Origin: an uncultured delta proteobacterium
Lineage (GTDB): Bacteria; Desulfobacterota; Binatia; UBA9968
Direction: 5' to 3'
Assembly (NCBI GenBank): GCA_963745835.1
Contig: CAVUZH010000008.1
Span: 64,001-128,000, forward strand
DNA length: 64,000 bases
In this document: positions 1-9,518 of the stretch, in pieces
Position numbering within the stretch: position 1 is the stretch's first letter
Layout of the letters: every line of letters starts with the position of its first letter
Program-made: the position numbers and the translations under genes
Notes under the pieces: model-generated
What the model was told of the DNA's origin: nothing
Database searches by the model: none
What the model saw: only the letters and a program-made list of their open reading frames with translations

Positions 1-819
1 GAGCCAGTCCGATACCCAACCGCCGAGGAGTCCGAGCATCGGTCCATGAATCCGCGAAAGCGCCACCACCGTGTTGGCCCAGCTCGGGTGCATGGCTTGC
101 TCGCTAACCAGGTACAGTGGCAGCATCGCGTACACTCCGATAGTCGAGCTCACGCCCAGACCAAACAAAGTCAGCATGAGCCAAAATGCCGGGGTCCTGA
201 CCAGGGCGCCAAACGCACGCGAACCAGGAAACTCGCCGGCAAATTCACCGCCGCGGCCATAACATTGATAGGTAAGGCTCGCTATGATCGATGTTGCCCC
301 AAGTGAGCCGAGCGCCACACGCCAGGTTGCCCAGGTAAGGAATAATTCGGCGATGAAAGGACTGGCAAAGAAAGCCAGGTTTGGCGCAAGCTCATGCACG
401 CCGATCGCTTTGCCCCAATGCTCTTGTTTGATGACCGAGGTGATCGTCGCGATCGCCGAGGGAATGTAAAGACCGGCTGCGACGCCGAGAGCCAGCAGGC
501 CGAGCCGGACGGTCAATAAATTCGTGGCGAACGCAATCGCAATCAGAGCTATGCCAACGCCCGCGCTGGAGAGAACAATAATTAGCTTGTGCGTCGCGCG
601 CGCGGCAAAAAATCCCGAGCCCAGTAGCCCGAACAGATAACCTGCCGAAATCAGGAAGAAGAAAAAGCCGGCCTGGCCATGACTGATCGCCAATTCGTTT
701 TCAATGGTTGGAAGCAGTGGTGAGAGAATGATTCTGGCGGTGAAGTTAAGAAGAAAAATCCCTACCAGGAAAAACACCGGCTGTAGGATCGTCAGAAAAT
801 TTTTCGATTCGCGGCTCAA
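1..819 (-). CDS. MFS transporter (3' end runs off the window)
   Basis: Not in the ORF track. Manual minus-strand translation from TTG at 819 gives LSRESKNFLTILQPVFFLVGIFLLNFTARIILSPLLPTIENELAISHGQAGFFFFLISAGYLFG..., a typical MFS TM1-TM2 followed by more hydrophobic helices. Confidence 0.8.
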   Translation of the reverse strand, partial: MSRESKNFLTILQPVFFLVGIFLLNFTARIILSPLLPTIENELAISHGQAGFFFFLISAGYLFGLLGSGFFAARATHKLIIVLSSAGVGIALIAIAFATNLLTVRLGLLALGVAAGLYIPSAIATITSVIKQEHWGKAIGVHELAPNLAFFASPFIAELFLTWATWRVALGSLGATSIIASLTYQCYGRGGEFAGEFPGSRAFGALVRTPAFWLMLTLFGLGVSSTIGVYAMLPLYLVSEQAMHPSWANTVVALSRIHGPMLGLLGGWVSDWL

Positions 820-896
820 CGTTGCGCCCGGTGGATGTTTTGATCGACGCCGATTGTCACAAGCAAATATCTGAAACCCGATGGCAAGCGTAAAGC

Positions 897-928
897 AAGA
901 GGGGGAAGCAACCTGCTTCCCCCCTCTT
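897..928 (-). terminator. Hairpin terminator downstream of hsp20
   Basis: AAGAGGGGGAAGCA-acc-TGCTTCCCCCCTCTT inverted repeat about 25 bp past the hsp20 stop. Confidence 0.7.
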
Positions 929-952
929 AATACTGCTGAACGTGCTCGAAGA

Positions 953-1396
953 TTAGTGCACGCTGATTTGTATTTGCCGCGGCTTGGCCTCTTCCGCCTT
1001 GGGAATGTGAACTTCGAGTATACCGTCCTTGTACGTGGCCTGAATCGCGTCATGCTTTACACTCTCAGGCAGCGTGAAGGATCTTACGAACTTTCCGGTA
1101 ACCCGTTCCACGGAGCGATACTCAACGCCTTCAGCGGGCTTGTTAAACTTCCGTTCGCCCGTGAGAGTCAATGTCCCCTCCTCAATCTCCAGGTTGAAAT
1201 CCTCTTTGTTCATTCCTGGAAGTTCGGCTCGGAGCACATAGGCGTCTTTGCTTTCGAGAATATCGACAGCGGGATACCAGGTTCTGCCGGTTGCGGCGTT
1301 AGCGCGCGAGCGGCCGTAATTTTCATCAAACAAACCGTTGATCCGCGATTGAACCTTGTTCAAGCTTTCAAACGGTGTCCATGTTACCAATTCCAT
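953..1396 (-). CDS. Hsp20/alpha-crystallin small heat-shock protein
   Basis: WYPAVDILE...AELPG...F.RSFTLP...ATYKDGILEVHIPK motifs. ATG at 1396 has an AGGAG RBS upstream. Confidence 0.95.
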   Translation of the reverse strand: MELVTWTPFESLNKVQSRINGLFDENYGRSRANAATGRTWYPAVDILESKDAYVLRAELPGMNKEDFNLEIEEGTLTLTGERKFNKPAEGVEYRSVERVTGKFVRSFTLPESVKHDAIQATYKDGILEVHIPKAEEAKPRQIQISVH

Positions 1397-1430
1397 AGGA
1401 TGACTCCTCTCTAAACCGTGTGATGAGGAC

Positions 1431-1459
1431 AACTTAAGAACGGCAACCGGGAGTGTCAA
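1431..1459 (-). promoter_or_regulatory. Sigma70-like promoter of hsp20
   Basis: Minus strand TTGACA-17 nt-TAAGTT, about 35 bp upstream of the start. Confidence 0.6.
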
Positions 1460-1538
1460 CGGCTTGACAAGCACCGGCATCGAGCTTAAATTCTGTCGCG
1501 GGAAAAACGCTCAAAACGAAGCCGCCTGCAAATACGCT

Positions 1539-2861
1539 TCATTCCGTCACCCGAATTTGGGTGGAGAGTTGATAGTTCAGCCCATCGATCTCGTAATCGA
1601 GCTCGCCAAAAAAAGCCACGTGCCCCTGCTTCGGCTGGGTGACTTCGCCGACAACGATCCCATCGGAGATATCGGCCGTTTGCTGAATCCACTTAACTGC
1701 GCGAAAATCCTTTGATGCTGTTTGCGCAACCCAAAGCCGCGCGCCCAGTGGCTGTGGATTCCCCGCGATGCTTAAGCGCAATTTGCCGTCGCTATCTTCA
1801 TGCTTCCAGCTTACGTCCGGCATCGGACGCCGGCTTATTTGATGCCGGGAAAAAGCCGCTAAGCCATTAATCAGATCGGCCGTTTGATCCGAATTACCTC
1901 GGTCCTGCCGTCTCAAGTCATGGCCGGCATTGGGAACATAAATCACCCACTTGTTAGCTGGCAGCTCGTTCCAATAAAGGTTGAGCGCGTCAGTAGCCCA
2001 ATAAAAATCGTTGGTGCCGTTGACGATCAACTTGGGCAACGTCAGCCGCTCACGGTATGCCCACGGATCGATCATGCTCAGAAGGCGCTGGCCCTCCGCT
2101 GATTCTGGTATGGGCACCAAGCCACGGCTGGTGTAGGGTTGCAGGCGGGCGCTATACGCGCCGAAGGCTTTTAATTGCCGCGGCATTTGCGCCCGCATGT
2201 TAAGCGTGTCGATGACTACGGGAGCAATGGCGCCGATTCGCTGATCAACGGCCGCGGCAAGCCAGGTCGTCCAGCCGCGCTTGGATGCTCCGGCGACAAT
2301 GAACTTGCTCGTCGGCTCGCCCCATTCCCCTTTGCCGAACGCCTGCAAGACATCCATGGCTTTAACGACACTTTTCACCATCGGGAAAAGCAGCGGCCAG
2401 TTTTCATCTTTGGTCTTGAGATAACGCACGAACGTCTCGGCGATGAGATCATCCTCCACAAGCTGCTCTTCCAACAGCGGCTGATTCGGAATCTGATAAA
2501 GAAAGGCCACAGGAGCTTTGCTCTTGCGAGCCAGCTCCATGCCGAACGCAATTTGTCCCGGCGTTGCCGAACCACCGGTCACCCATAGCAGCATCATCGC
2601 CGCCGGTTCGACGGACTGCGGCCGGTAGACTTGCAATTGATGCTGCCAGTTCTTGCCCTGCCAGGTCTGGGATACGAAATGGAGATCGTAGATGCGATCT
2701 CCCGCTGCTTGGTCGGGCTTGCCGTTCTGCTTCCAACTGAAGTTCGGCTCCGGTTTTCGGATAAATGTTTCCAGATCAGCCCATAACGGAGTCGCCCACA
2801 AGGTCAATCCGGCACAAGCAAACAAACCAACGACAATCATGAATCTATTTCTGAGAAACAT
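1539..2861 (-). CDS. PqaA (PhoPQ-activated pathogenicity-related) family secreted alpha/beta-hydrolase-like protein
   Basis: Signal peptide plus family motifs SQTW, IPNQPL, EDDLIA, GASKRGWTTW, IDPWAY, GTNDFYW, VPNAGH. Confidence 0.85.
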   Translation of the reverse strand: MFLRNRFMIVVGLFACAGLTLWATPLWADLETFIRKPEPNFSWKQNGKPDQAAGDRIYDLHFVSQTWQGKNWQHQLQVYRPQSVEPAAMMLLWVTGGSATPGQIAFGMELARKSKAPVAFLYQIPNQPLLEEQLVEDDLIAETFVRYLKTKDENWPLLFPMVKSVVKAMDVLQAFGKGEWGEPTSKFIVAGASKRGWTTWLAAAVDQRIGAIAPVVIDTLNMRAQMPRQLKAFGAYSARLQPYTSRGLVPIPESAEGQRLLSMIDPWAYRERLTLPKLIVNGTNDFYWATDALNLYWNELPANKWVIYVPNAGHDLRRQDRGNSDQTADLINGLAAFSRHQISRRPMPDVSWKHEDSDGKLRLSIAGNPQPLGARLWVAQTASKDFRAVKWIQQTADISDGIVVGEVTQPKQGHVAFFGELDYEIDGLNYQLSTQIRVTE

Positions 2862-3094
2862 TCACTCTACTCCTAAGGCCTCATCATTACCCCCTAACAC
2901 TAACCATCTAATCAGGTCTAGGGTCGCAGCTTCGCGCTGATCGCACAAGTCTCCGGGTTCGGGTCGAATTTCGTCTTGACTCTTGTTTTGGCTTTGATCT
3001 AAGGTTGGCCAGCGTTGATGCCCGCAATGGACTGATTCTCCCTCGGTAAACCTATGACCTCGATCAGCCACTGCAAAAGGACGGTCTAGGTACG

Positions 3095-4675
3095 ATGTAC
3101 AACAGCTACTTCGGATTTTCGGTCTCCCCTTTTCGTGTTACTCCCGATCCGAATTTATTTTACAGCAATCCGGTTTACGAAGAAGCCTACGCTAATTTGC
3201 GGTATGGAATCGAGGCCAAAAAAGGTTTCATCGTCATAACCGGTGAAGTGGGCACAGGGAAGACCACCTTGCTCCGTAAACTGATGACGCACACCTCGGA
3301 AGGAATCATCCATACGGTTTATATTTTTAATACATACTTGAATTTCACCGAATTGCTGCAGGTGATTCACTACGATCTGGGCCTGGGTCAAAAGGAAGCA
3401 AACAAGGTAAAGCTGCTTCAGGAATTGAACGATTTTCTTATCACGCAACTGGGAAACGGCAACATTGTGTCGGTCCTGGTGGACGAAGCCCAAAACCTAA
3501 GCGATGAAGCTCTCGAAGGTCTGAGACTTCTCTCGAACTTGGAAACCGATCAGGAAAAGCTCATCCAAATCGTGCTGATGGGCCAACCCGAACTCCAGGC
3601 AAGACTGGATCAGCCTAGCTTGCGGCAGCTCAAACAACGTGTGGCGCTTCAATGCCGGCTCGTTCCGCTCAGGGACGAGGAGGTATGTCGTTATGTCGAT
3701 TTTCGACTCAGTGCCGCCGGATATACCGGTAAGCGCCTATTCCATCCGGATGCCTATCGGCAGATTGCCGTCGCTTCAAATGGTATCCCCCGGCTGGTGA
3801 ATATCATCTGCGATAATGCCCTGCTCTGCGCCTTCGGCCGATCTGAGAAAATCATTTCTAAAGACATCATCAATGAAGTGGCCGGCGATCTCAGGCTAAC
3901 ACCGCGAACACAGCTCGCTCAGAAGCAAATCATCTCTAGCCCGATCGACACACAACCGGACACGAATATGCCCGTTCCGAAATCGACAACCAAGCTTCCT
4001 CAGCGCAAACTGAGGCGCCTGGCGCGCTTCGGCCTGGAGACCTGCTTAGTCGTTGTTGGCTTGATCACCGTGGCTTCGTTTATTGATCCAAGGAACTTCC
4101 TGGTTAACGCCGGGAGAACCCTCGAAACCGCCAAGGGTAATTTAAATGAATGGGCTCTGTTCATGAGTCATCATCAGGTGGCGGCGCCGGCGAAGGTCAA
4201 TACACAGGTGGAGGTTGAAATTACGGAGCAGCGAGTGATCATTCCGCAGGGCTCGAGCATCTATAAAATTGCCACTGAAGCTTATGGAACCAAGAATGGC
4301 CTCGGCATGGATCTGATCAAAGAGTTCAATCCCGGGATCAAGAGTCTCGGGAAAGTGGCGGCAGGGCGGTCCCTTTTGCTGCCTGTGCTGACTCCGGAAA
4401 CATTGCTGCGCCGGCAGCCCGACGGCTCATATCGTCTCATTGCGGCGTCGTTTCAGAACCCCACAGCAGCGGATGAATACGCGCAGCGTTTAAGGAACAA
4501 GGGCTATCAAGTCTCGATTACACCCAGAAAGGTCTCGGAAGATCTCTTGCTTCATCGGATTGAAATCGACGGTTTACAAAATCCCGAGGAGGCCAATCAC
4601 ATTTGGTTAGCGGGCCTGAGGAATGACTCGATTGGTTCAGGTGTTGATGCCGACCGTAATTCGGTAAGCAGGTAG
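3095..4675 (+). CDS. ExeA/GspA-family AAA ATPase with TM helix and C-terminal LysM-like and SPOR-like domains
   Basis: MYNSYFGF...PF..TPDP start, Walker A GEVGTGKT, Walker B VDEAQ, GQPEL, GIPRLVNIICDNAL, and C-terminal ASFQNPTAADEYAQRLRNKGY (SPOR-like). Confidence 0.85.
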   Translation: MYNSYFGFSVSPFRVTPDPNLFYSNPVYEEAYANLRYGIEAKKGFIVITGEVGTGKTTLLRKLMTHTSEGIIHTVYIFNTYLNFTELLQVIHYDLGLGQKEANKVKLLQELNDFLITQLGNGNIVSVLVDEAQNLSDEALEGLRLLSNLETDQEKLIQIVLMGQPELQARLDQPSLRQLKQRVALQCRLVPLRDEEVCRYVDFRLSAAGYTGKRLFHPDAYRQIAVASNGIPRLVNIICDNALLCAFGRSEKIISKDIINEVAGDLRLTPRTQLAQKQIISSPIDTQPDTNMPVPKSTTKLPQRKLRRLARFGLETCLVVVGLITVASFIDPRNFLVNAGRTLETAKGNLNEWALFMSHHQVAAPAKVNTQVEVEITEQRVIIPQGSSIYKIATEAYGTKNGLGMDLIKEFNPGIKSLGKVAAGRSLLLPVLTPETLLRRQPDGSYRLIAASFQNPTAADEYAQRLRNKGYQVSITPRKVSEDLLLHRIEIDGLQNPEEANHIWLAGLRNDSIGSGVDADRNSVSR

Positions 4676-4698
4676 AGCAGCCACATCGCGGTGAAAAT

Positions 4699-5382
4699 AT
4701 GAGCAGCGTATATGACGCACTGACAAAAGCCGAAAAAAAAACCCAGACCTCGGGCGCTCTAGCGGTCTCTTGGCATGGGCTAAGCTTCGAATGGAGGGTT
4801 ATGCTGGTGGTTCTTGGGCTTTTTTTCGTCGTGATTATGCATCAGCTCGTGGCGCGCGTGCTGCGGGATCATATGCAGGAAAGCGCGGTCCTGATGGCGA
4901 CGAACTTGAGTGATGCAGCCGCAGGCTATATCGCCAGCAACGATGCGCTCCGCCTCAAAACAACGGTGACGAAGTACGCCCGCTTGAGCAGAGTTGCCTA
5001 TGTTTTTGTTCAAGACCGCGAGGGAAAGATCATCGCCAGTAGCTCGGCAGGTTTATTCCGAGAGTTCCAACCGGCAGTTACTTCAAATCAGGACCTTCAA
5101 GTCAGTCAGCGAGAACTCACCGTGGAAGGCAAACCGGTTTACGAAACCCGAGCGCCGATACTTGATGGCCAGCTCGGCAATACGCACATCGGCATCTGGG
5201 CAGGTGCTGTCGAAGCAGACATTCACAAGGCTCTGTTTAAGTTTGTCTGGCCTATTTCCTTGGGACTTCTTGCGGCTGTGATCGCGGTCGTGATGTTGGC
5301 ACAGCCGTTGGTTCGCGCGGTGCGCCGGCTGATTGAGCTGCGGTCAGCTGCCCAGGGAGCAGCAACCCAGCGGGTAGAGTAA
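4699..5382 (+). CDS. Two-TM membrane protein with ExeB-like N-terminus and Cache-like periplasmic domain
   Basis: MSSVYDALTKAE resembles the GspB/ExeB start. Two hydrophobic helices flank VAYVFVQDREGKIIAS, a sensor-like motif. Confidence 0.6.
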   Translation: MSSVYDALTKAEKKTQTSGALAVSWHGLSFEWRVMLVVLGLFFVVIMHQLVARVLRDHMQESAVLMATNLSDAAAGYIASNDALRLKTTVTKYARLSRVAYVFVQDREGKIIASSSAGLFREFQPAVTSNQDLQVSQRELTVEGKPVYETRAPILDGQLGNTHIGIWAGAVEADIHKALFKFVWPISLGLLAAVIAVVMLAQPLVRAVRRLIELRSAAQGAATQRVE

Positions 5383-5430
5383 AATCTCAGGCTCAGATCC
5401 TGGCAGGACGCGCCAATTTGCTCTGTATCT

Positions 5431-5787
5431 CTATGAAGCATCGGCGGGTTTGTAGCCGTCAAAATCCCAAATCAATTCCTTATTGAGCTCGGCCACCACT
5501 TCGCCCCAGGAGGGACGGGCGCACTGCGCCAGCAACTCTGCCACTGCCTGAATTACAGCGGGCCATTCAAAAACCGCCACAATCAGCTTGCCCCTGCCCC
5601 AATGTGCGTCAGAGTCTTTGGCTAAACGAGCAGCGGTCATCACAGTAAAGCTGAAAGCCTCTTCCCCCTCATCATCTTTGGGGCCGACAAAGAGTTGAAA
5701 CAGAATTTCGCAATCGGCGGGGTTTTTGGGCAAATTAGGGGGCTCGAGGTCAGGGCTGGAGATGCGGCGTATTTCAGGCCAGATCAT
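5431..5787 (-). CDS. Imm8-family immunity protein
   Basis: SPDL...P.NP.DC...QLFVGP...GEEAFSFTVMT...GRGKLIV..FEW...SWGEV...L pattern characteristic of Imm8. Confidence 0.75.
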   Translation of the reverse strand: MIWPEIRRISSPDLEPPNLPKNPADCEILFQLFVGPKDDEGEEAFSFTVMTAARLAKDSDAHWGRGKLIVAVFEWPAVIQAVAELLAQCARPSWGEVVAELNKELIWDFDGYKPADAS

Positions 5788-5948
5788 GGTTGGTTCTATG
5801 CTCCTTCGTTGGTTCCCAGGGTTCGAAGATCAGATAGCGAAATCCGGGATATTGCTCTGAGAGCTCAGCCGGCCTCGAGCGGCCTGACTTTATCACTAAT
5901 GCGTTGGCACTCTAAACTTTTTTGGCAGGAATGTTTAGCGCCACCGGT

Positions 5949-7142
5949 TTACTGACGGTAATCTTTCGCGCAGCGGAAACCAAGGTCGTCAGCACGAGTG
6001 GTTGGGCTCGCGTGCATACGCCAGTTTGAATTCAGTCGCTCTGGAGGATCGTACCATCCTCCGCCGCGGATCACCTTTGCCGTGCCATTCTCGGGCCCTT
6101 TTGGATTTCTCACGTCGCCGCGCACGAACCCTGCGGCGAACCAATCCGATACCCACTCAGAAGCATTGCCTGCCATATCGTGCGCGCCGTACGGGCTCTT
6201 ACCGGCCGGGCGACTCTCGACTGGCGCAAGTCCTCCGCTGTACGGACCTTCCGCCGATTTACCAAAATTAGCGTGCGCCGGAGTGGGGTCTTCACTGCCC
6301 CACGGATACTTGCGACCATCTCCGCCGCGCGCGGCCTTCTCCCATTCGGACTCGGTGGGCAGGCGCTTGCCCGCCCACCGGCAGTAGGCCTCCGCGTCGT
6401 GCCAGTCCACACCCACGACCGGCAATGCGCCGGCGCTTTCCAGATGTAATTGCTGCCAGCCTTCCGGCGGCCTTGCACCGCCGGTTGCGTCTAAGAATTT
6501 TGCGTAACGCGAAAGCGTCACCTCGTACTTGTCGATATAGAAGTTATCCAAATAAACCTTTCGCAGCGGCGACTCCACGTCGTCTCCCATAACGAAATTG
6601 CCGGCCGGAACCATGACCGCAATGGCTCCGTCATTGCCGGTGACTTCCGCAGCTGGACCTCGGAACATCCAATAAGCGTACACGCCGGCGCAACCGACGG
6701 CAGCGACCAACACCGCGGCAGCGTTCTTTAACCTAGCACGGCGTCGAGCTTGGGCGATTCGGTAGACTTGGTCTGCCACCCCGGCGGTGAGATCTCCTTG
6801 GGGTTCGAGCAATGTGATCGACTTTAGATAGGGCGGAATCCGCTCGAGCGAAATGGGGCGGAGTATAACCGGTAACACCCTTCCGGCGGGATGCCCCCAC
6901 GTCTTCTGTGCAATCGCCAGTTCGGTGAGCGTGTAACTACCTGGATCGAGCGAGTCCGGGCTTATCATGAATAGCACAAGCTGAGATTTTTCGATCGCCC
7001 GCCGGATTCGCGCATCATACTCCTCCCCCGCCGGCAGGTCCGCCCGGTCGAAAAACACCGTGTGTCCTTGCGCGCGCAAAGCAAGATAGATCGGCTCAAC
7101 CAGTGTCCGATCGCTTGATGAATAGCTCAGAAACACTCTCAT
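5949..7142 (-). CDS. TIR domain - TM - FGE-sulfatase (SUMF1-like, C-type lectin fold) protein
   Basis: N-terminal VFLSYSSSD...ISPDS..SYTLTELAIA (TIR_2), hydrophobic AAAVLVAAVGCAGVYAYW, then FVMG, KYEVT, RLPTESEWEKAARG, DMAGNASEW, RGGGW, LGFRC. Confidence 0.9.
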   Translation of the reverse strand: MRVFLSYSSSDRTLVEPIYLALRAQGHTVFFDRADLPAGEEYDARIRRAIEKSQLVLFMISPDSLDPGSYTLTELAIAQKTWGHPAGRVLPVILRPISLERIPPYLKSITLLEPQGDLTAGVADQVYRIAQARRRARLKNAAAVLVAAVGCAGVYAYWMFRGPAAEVTGNDGAIAVMVPAGNFVMGDDVESPLRKVYLDNFYIDKYEVTLSRYAKFLDATGGARPPEGWQQLHLESAGALPVVGVDWHDAEAYCRWAGKRLPTESEWEKAARGGDGRKYPWGSEDPTPAHANFGKSAEGPYSGGLAPVESRPAGKSPYGAHDMAGNASEWVSDWFAAGFVRGDVRNPKGPENGTAKVIRGGGWYDPPERLNSNWRMHASPTTRADDLGFRCAKDYRQ

Positions 7143-7172
7143 GGCGGGGTTTTCGATGGTCGAAGCGGTTAA

Positions 7173-7478
7173 TCAATCCTCGAGTTTGTCTCTTTTCATC
7201 AGGTGTTTGCTGATGATCACGCCGCCATAGAACCCGAATGTCAAGTACACGAGCGCGGGAAAATAACCACCAACCAAATCACCCGTGCCTTTTAGAGGAT
7301 CATCAACAACCCAGGCCATCCATACCAGTAACGAGACTACAAGAATCGATAAACCAGCAAGCAAATGAATATACATGGGCGCCCAAAAACAGCTGCGCCA
7401 CCAGAGAGCAAGTGATAACACACCGAGGGAAACAATGATCGGTATTAGCAGCGTACGAAGTAAGTTAGCCGTTGTCAT
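7173..7478 (-). CDS. Small three-TM hypothetical membrane protein
   Basis: 101-aa ORF with three hydrophobic segments filling the gap between co-oriented genes. Confidence 0.55.
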   Translation of the reverse strand: MTTANLLRTLLIPIIVSLGVLSLALWWRSCFWAPMYIHLLAGLSILVVSLLVWMAWVVDDPLKGTGDLVGGYFPALVYLTFGFYGGVIISKHLMKRDKLED

Positions 7479-7527
7479 AGATGCTTCCCGGGCTAACTGG
7501 AAATTTTTCGATAAAGTTCACCATTGC

Positions 7528-8733
7528 TCATCGGTACAGTAACAGAGACTCTCGTTCTTCTAGCCACGAGGACTCATCCGGTTCGGCGAGTTCGTCGAGG
7601 TCGGCCGGCACGGCGGCAGGGTCATCTACCCATCGCCGCAGCAATTCACTGCCGTTGATTATGTCGATAGCCAGACGATCGGTTTCGTACTCGTAAGAGA
7701 AATCGCGCCAAAGAGGATAATCCGGCCGGAGAGTTCGCAAGCTTTTCAAAGCCAAGGCCAACAGGCGCCACGGTTGAAACAAATTGTGATCGTATGCCGG
7801 ATCGTCCACATGAATCTGAATACCGCCGCACAGTTTACCGACATATTTATGAAAGGTCGGCTCAAACCAGCAATCGCGCAGCCTGCACCCGCGCATCCAG
7901 TGAGGCGCAAGCTCGCCCATCTTTGCAAGTAGCTCGCGCGGCTCGAGATCCGGCGCGCCGAAGAGCTCCAATGGTCGGGTGGTGCCGCGTCCCTCGGACA
8001 GAGTCGTGCCTTCGAGCATGACCGTTCCGCTATAGCAGCGAGCCATCGATAGATTGGGTGCATTGGGGCTGGGATTCACCCAACTTCTTTGGCCGAGAGG
8101 CCAACCAAATCCGGGTTCGCTCGACGGCTGCCAATCATCCATGGTCACGACCTCACAGTCGACGTCCAGCCGAAGCGCGCGGACGAACCACTTCGCAAGC
8201 TCACCTAAGGTCAGGCCGTGACGCATCGGCAAGGGCCCGGCGCCGACAAAGCTTTCCCAACCATCGCGCAAACGCAGCCCTTCTACCGGGCGTCCGATAG
8301 GATTGGGGCGATCGAGAATCCAGACGGTCTTTTTTAGCTCTGCAGCCGCCTCGAGCATGTAACGCAAAGTCGTAACGAAGGTGTAGATCCGGCAACCGAG
8401 ATCCTGCAGATCAATCAGCAGAACATCAAAACTGTCCATCATCGCCACCGTAGGGCGGCGAACTTCGCCGTAGAGACTGAAAACGGGAATGCCATGGATC
8501 GCGTCGGTGAAGTTTGGCGATTCGATCATGTTGTCCTGCTTATCACCGCGCAGACCGTGTTGAGGGCCGAAAGCGGCGGTGAGCTTGACATCGCTACACC
8601 CGGCGAGAGCGTCTAGTGAGTGTTGAAGAAAACGCGTGACTGAAGCCGGATGCGCGAGCAATGCCGACCGGCGGCCTTTTAGCGCTTTACGCAGCGCCGG
8701 TTCTTCCAGCAAGCGGTCGATTCCGAATTTCAT
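7528..8733 (-). CDS. DUF1343 / NamZ exo-beta-N-acetylmuramidase family protein
   Basis: FGPQHG, DLQDLGCRIYTF, DRPNP, RHGLTLGELA, WVNPSPN, SEGRGTTRP. ATG at 8733 overlaps the upstream stop. Confidence 0.9.
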   Translation of the reverse strand: MKFGIDRLLEEPALRKALKGRRSALLAHPASVTRFLQHSLDALAGCSDVKLTAAFGPQHGLRGDKQDNMIESPNFTDAIHGIPVFSLYGEVRRPTVAMMDSFDVLLIDLQDLGCRIYTFVTTLRYMLEAAAELKKTVWILDRPNPIGRPVEGLRLRDGWESFVGAGPLPMRHGLTLGELAKWFVRALRLDVDCEVVTMDDWQPSSEPGFGWPLGQRSWVNPSPNAPNLSMARCYSGTVMLEGTTLSEGRGTTRPLELFGAPDLEPRELLAKMGELAPHWMRGCRLRDCWFEPTFHKYVGKLCGGIQIHVDDPAYDHNLFQPWRLLALALKSLRTLRPDYPLWRDFSYEYETDRLAIDIINGSELLRRWVDDPAAVPADLDELAEPDESSWLEERESLLLYR

Positions 8734-9329
8734 GGCTTGCCAGTATAAGCCGGATCGAGGACCGCAGCCACATGCGGCTCCCATTCCAAAATAAACGCGC
8801 TGGCATCATGAAAGTCGGGTGGGCCGGGTGGATGCTTGAGCGCCCAGTAAGACACCGCACCGTCGTTTTCTTCGATCACGGCTGACAACCCCAGCAAAAA
8901 GCGGCCATTCACCGGCAGCCCGGGCAAAGATTCTCGGCCGATGAGGGCATCTAGTTCGAAACGGTTTGCAGAAGCGCGGACCGTAATCTGCGGGTCCGAA
9001 GCCTGCGCCAGAGGACCGCCATGACGATAACGTTGAAAAGCATATGCCGCCCACTGGCCGGAGGGAGCGAAATTAAACTCACGATATGCCGGCGCAGCTC
9101 TGACGGCTACGAAGGCCTCGAAACAAGTATGTCGCCACAAACCGTCTACCCTGTTCGGTGCGGATTTCACGGGCAGACATAACCGGCTGATCTGTCCTTC
9201 GAGGCAGTACGTGATCGCGATGCCGCCATCAGGAACTTGTGACCAGCGCGCTCGGATCGTATTCACCGATTGGCTCGGAGTTTCGGGATGACGGGCCAAC
9301 TCCCTTTGCTGTGCGACTAAAGACATCAT
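8730..9329 (-). CDS. DOMON-like domain protein
   Basis: LWRHTCFEAF, YREFNFAPSGQWAAYAF, GLSAVIEE, SYWALKH...PDFH. Confidence 0.85.
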   Translation of the reverse strand: MMSLVAQQRELARHPETPSQSVNTIRARWSQVPDGGIAITYCLEGQISRLCLPVKSAPNRVDGLWRHTCFEAFVAVRAAPAYREFNFAPSGQWAAYAFQRYRHGGPLAQASDPQITVRASANRFELDALIGRESLPGLPVNGRFLLGLSAVIEENDGAVSYWALKHPPGPPDFHDASAFILEWEPHVAAVLDPAYTGKP

Positions 9330-9518
9330 GCTCGGTTTTAACTCACCGTCGACAGTTTCGATCCAATGGATCTACCCCTGCTTTGCGATCGAGCGAATTC
9401 CGTACTCCAAGCTATGCCGCAATTGGCGGCATGTTTGCCTCTCTATAGAATTAAATTCGGAACATTGATGGCGAGCAGGGATGAACTGCGTTGAACTCCA
9501 CTCACGGAGCGGGTACAG

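Noticed and set aside
881-1414. Long antisense ORFs (also 11939-12592, 28814-29458, 23680-24228 and others)
   Set aside because: They are shadows of well-supported genes on the opposite strand and have no family motifs.
5949-6100. FGE/CLec C-terminus as a diversity-generating retroelement variable region
   Set aside because: No template-repeat copy with adenine-specific mismatches and no reverse transcriptase in the window.
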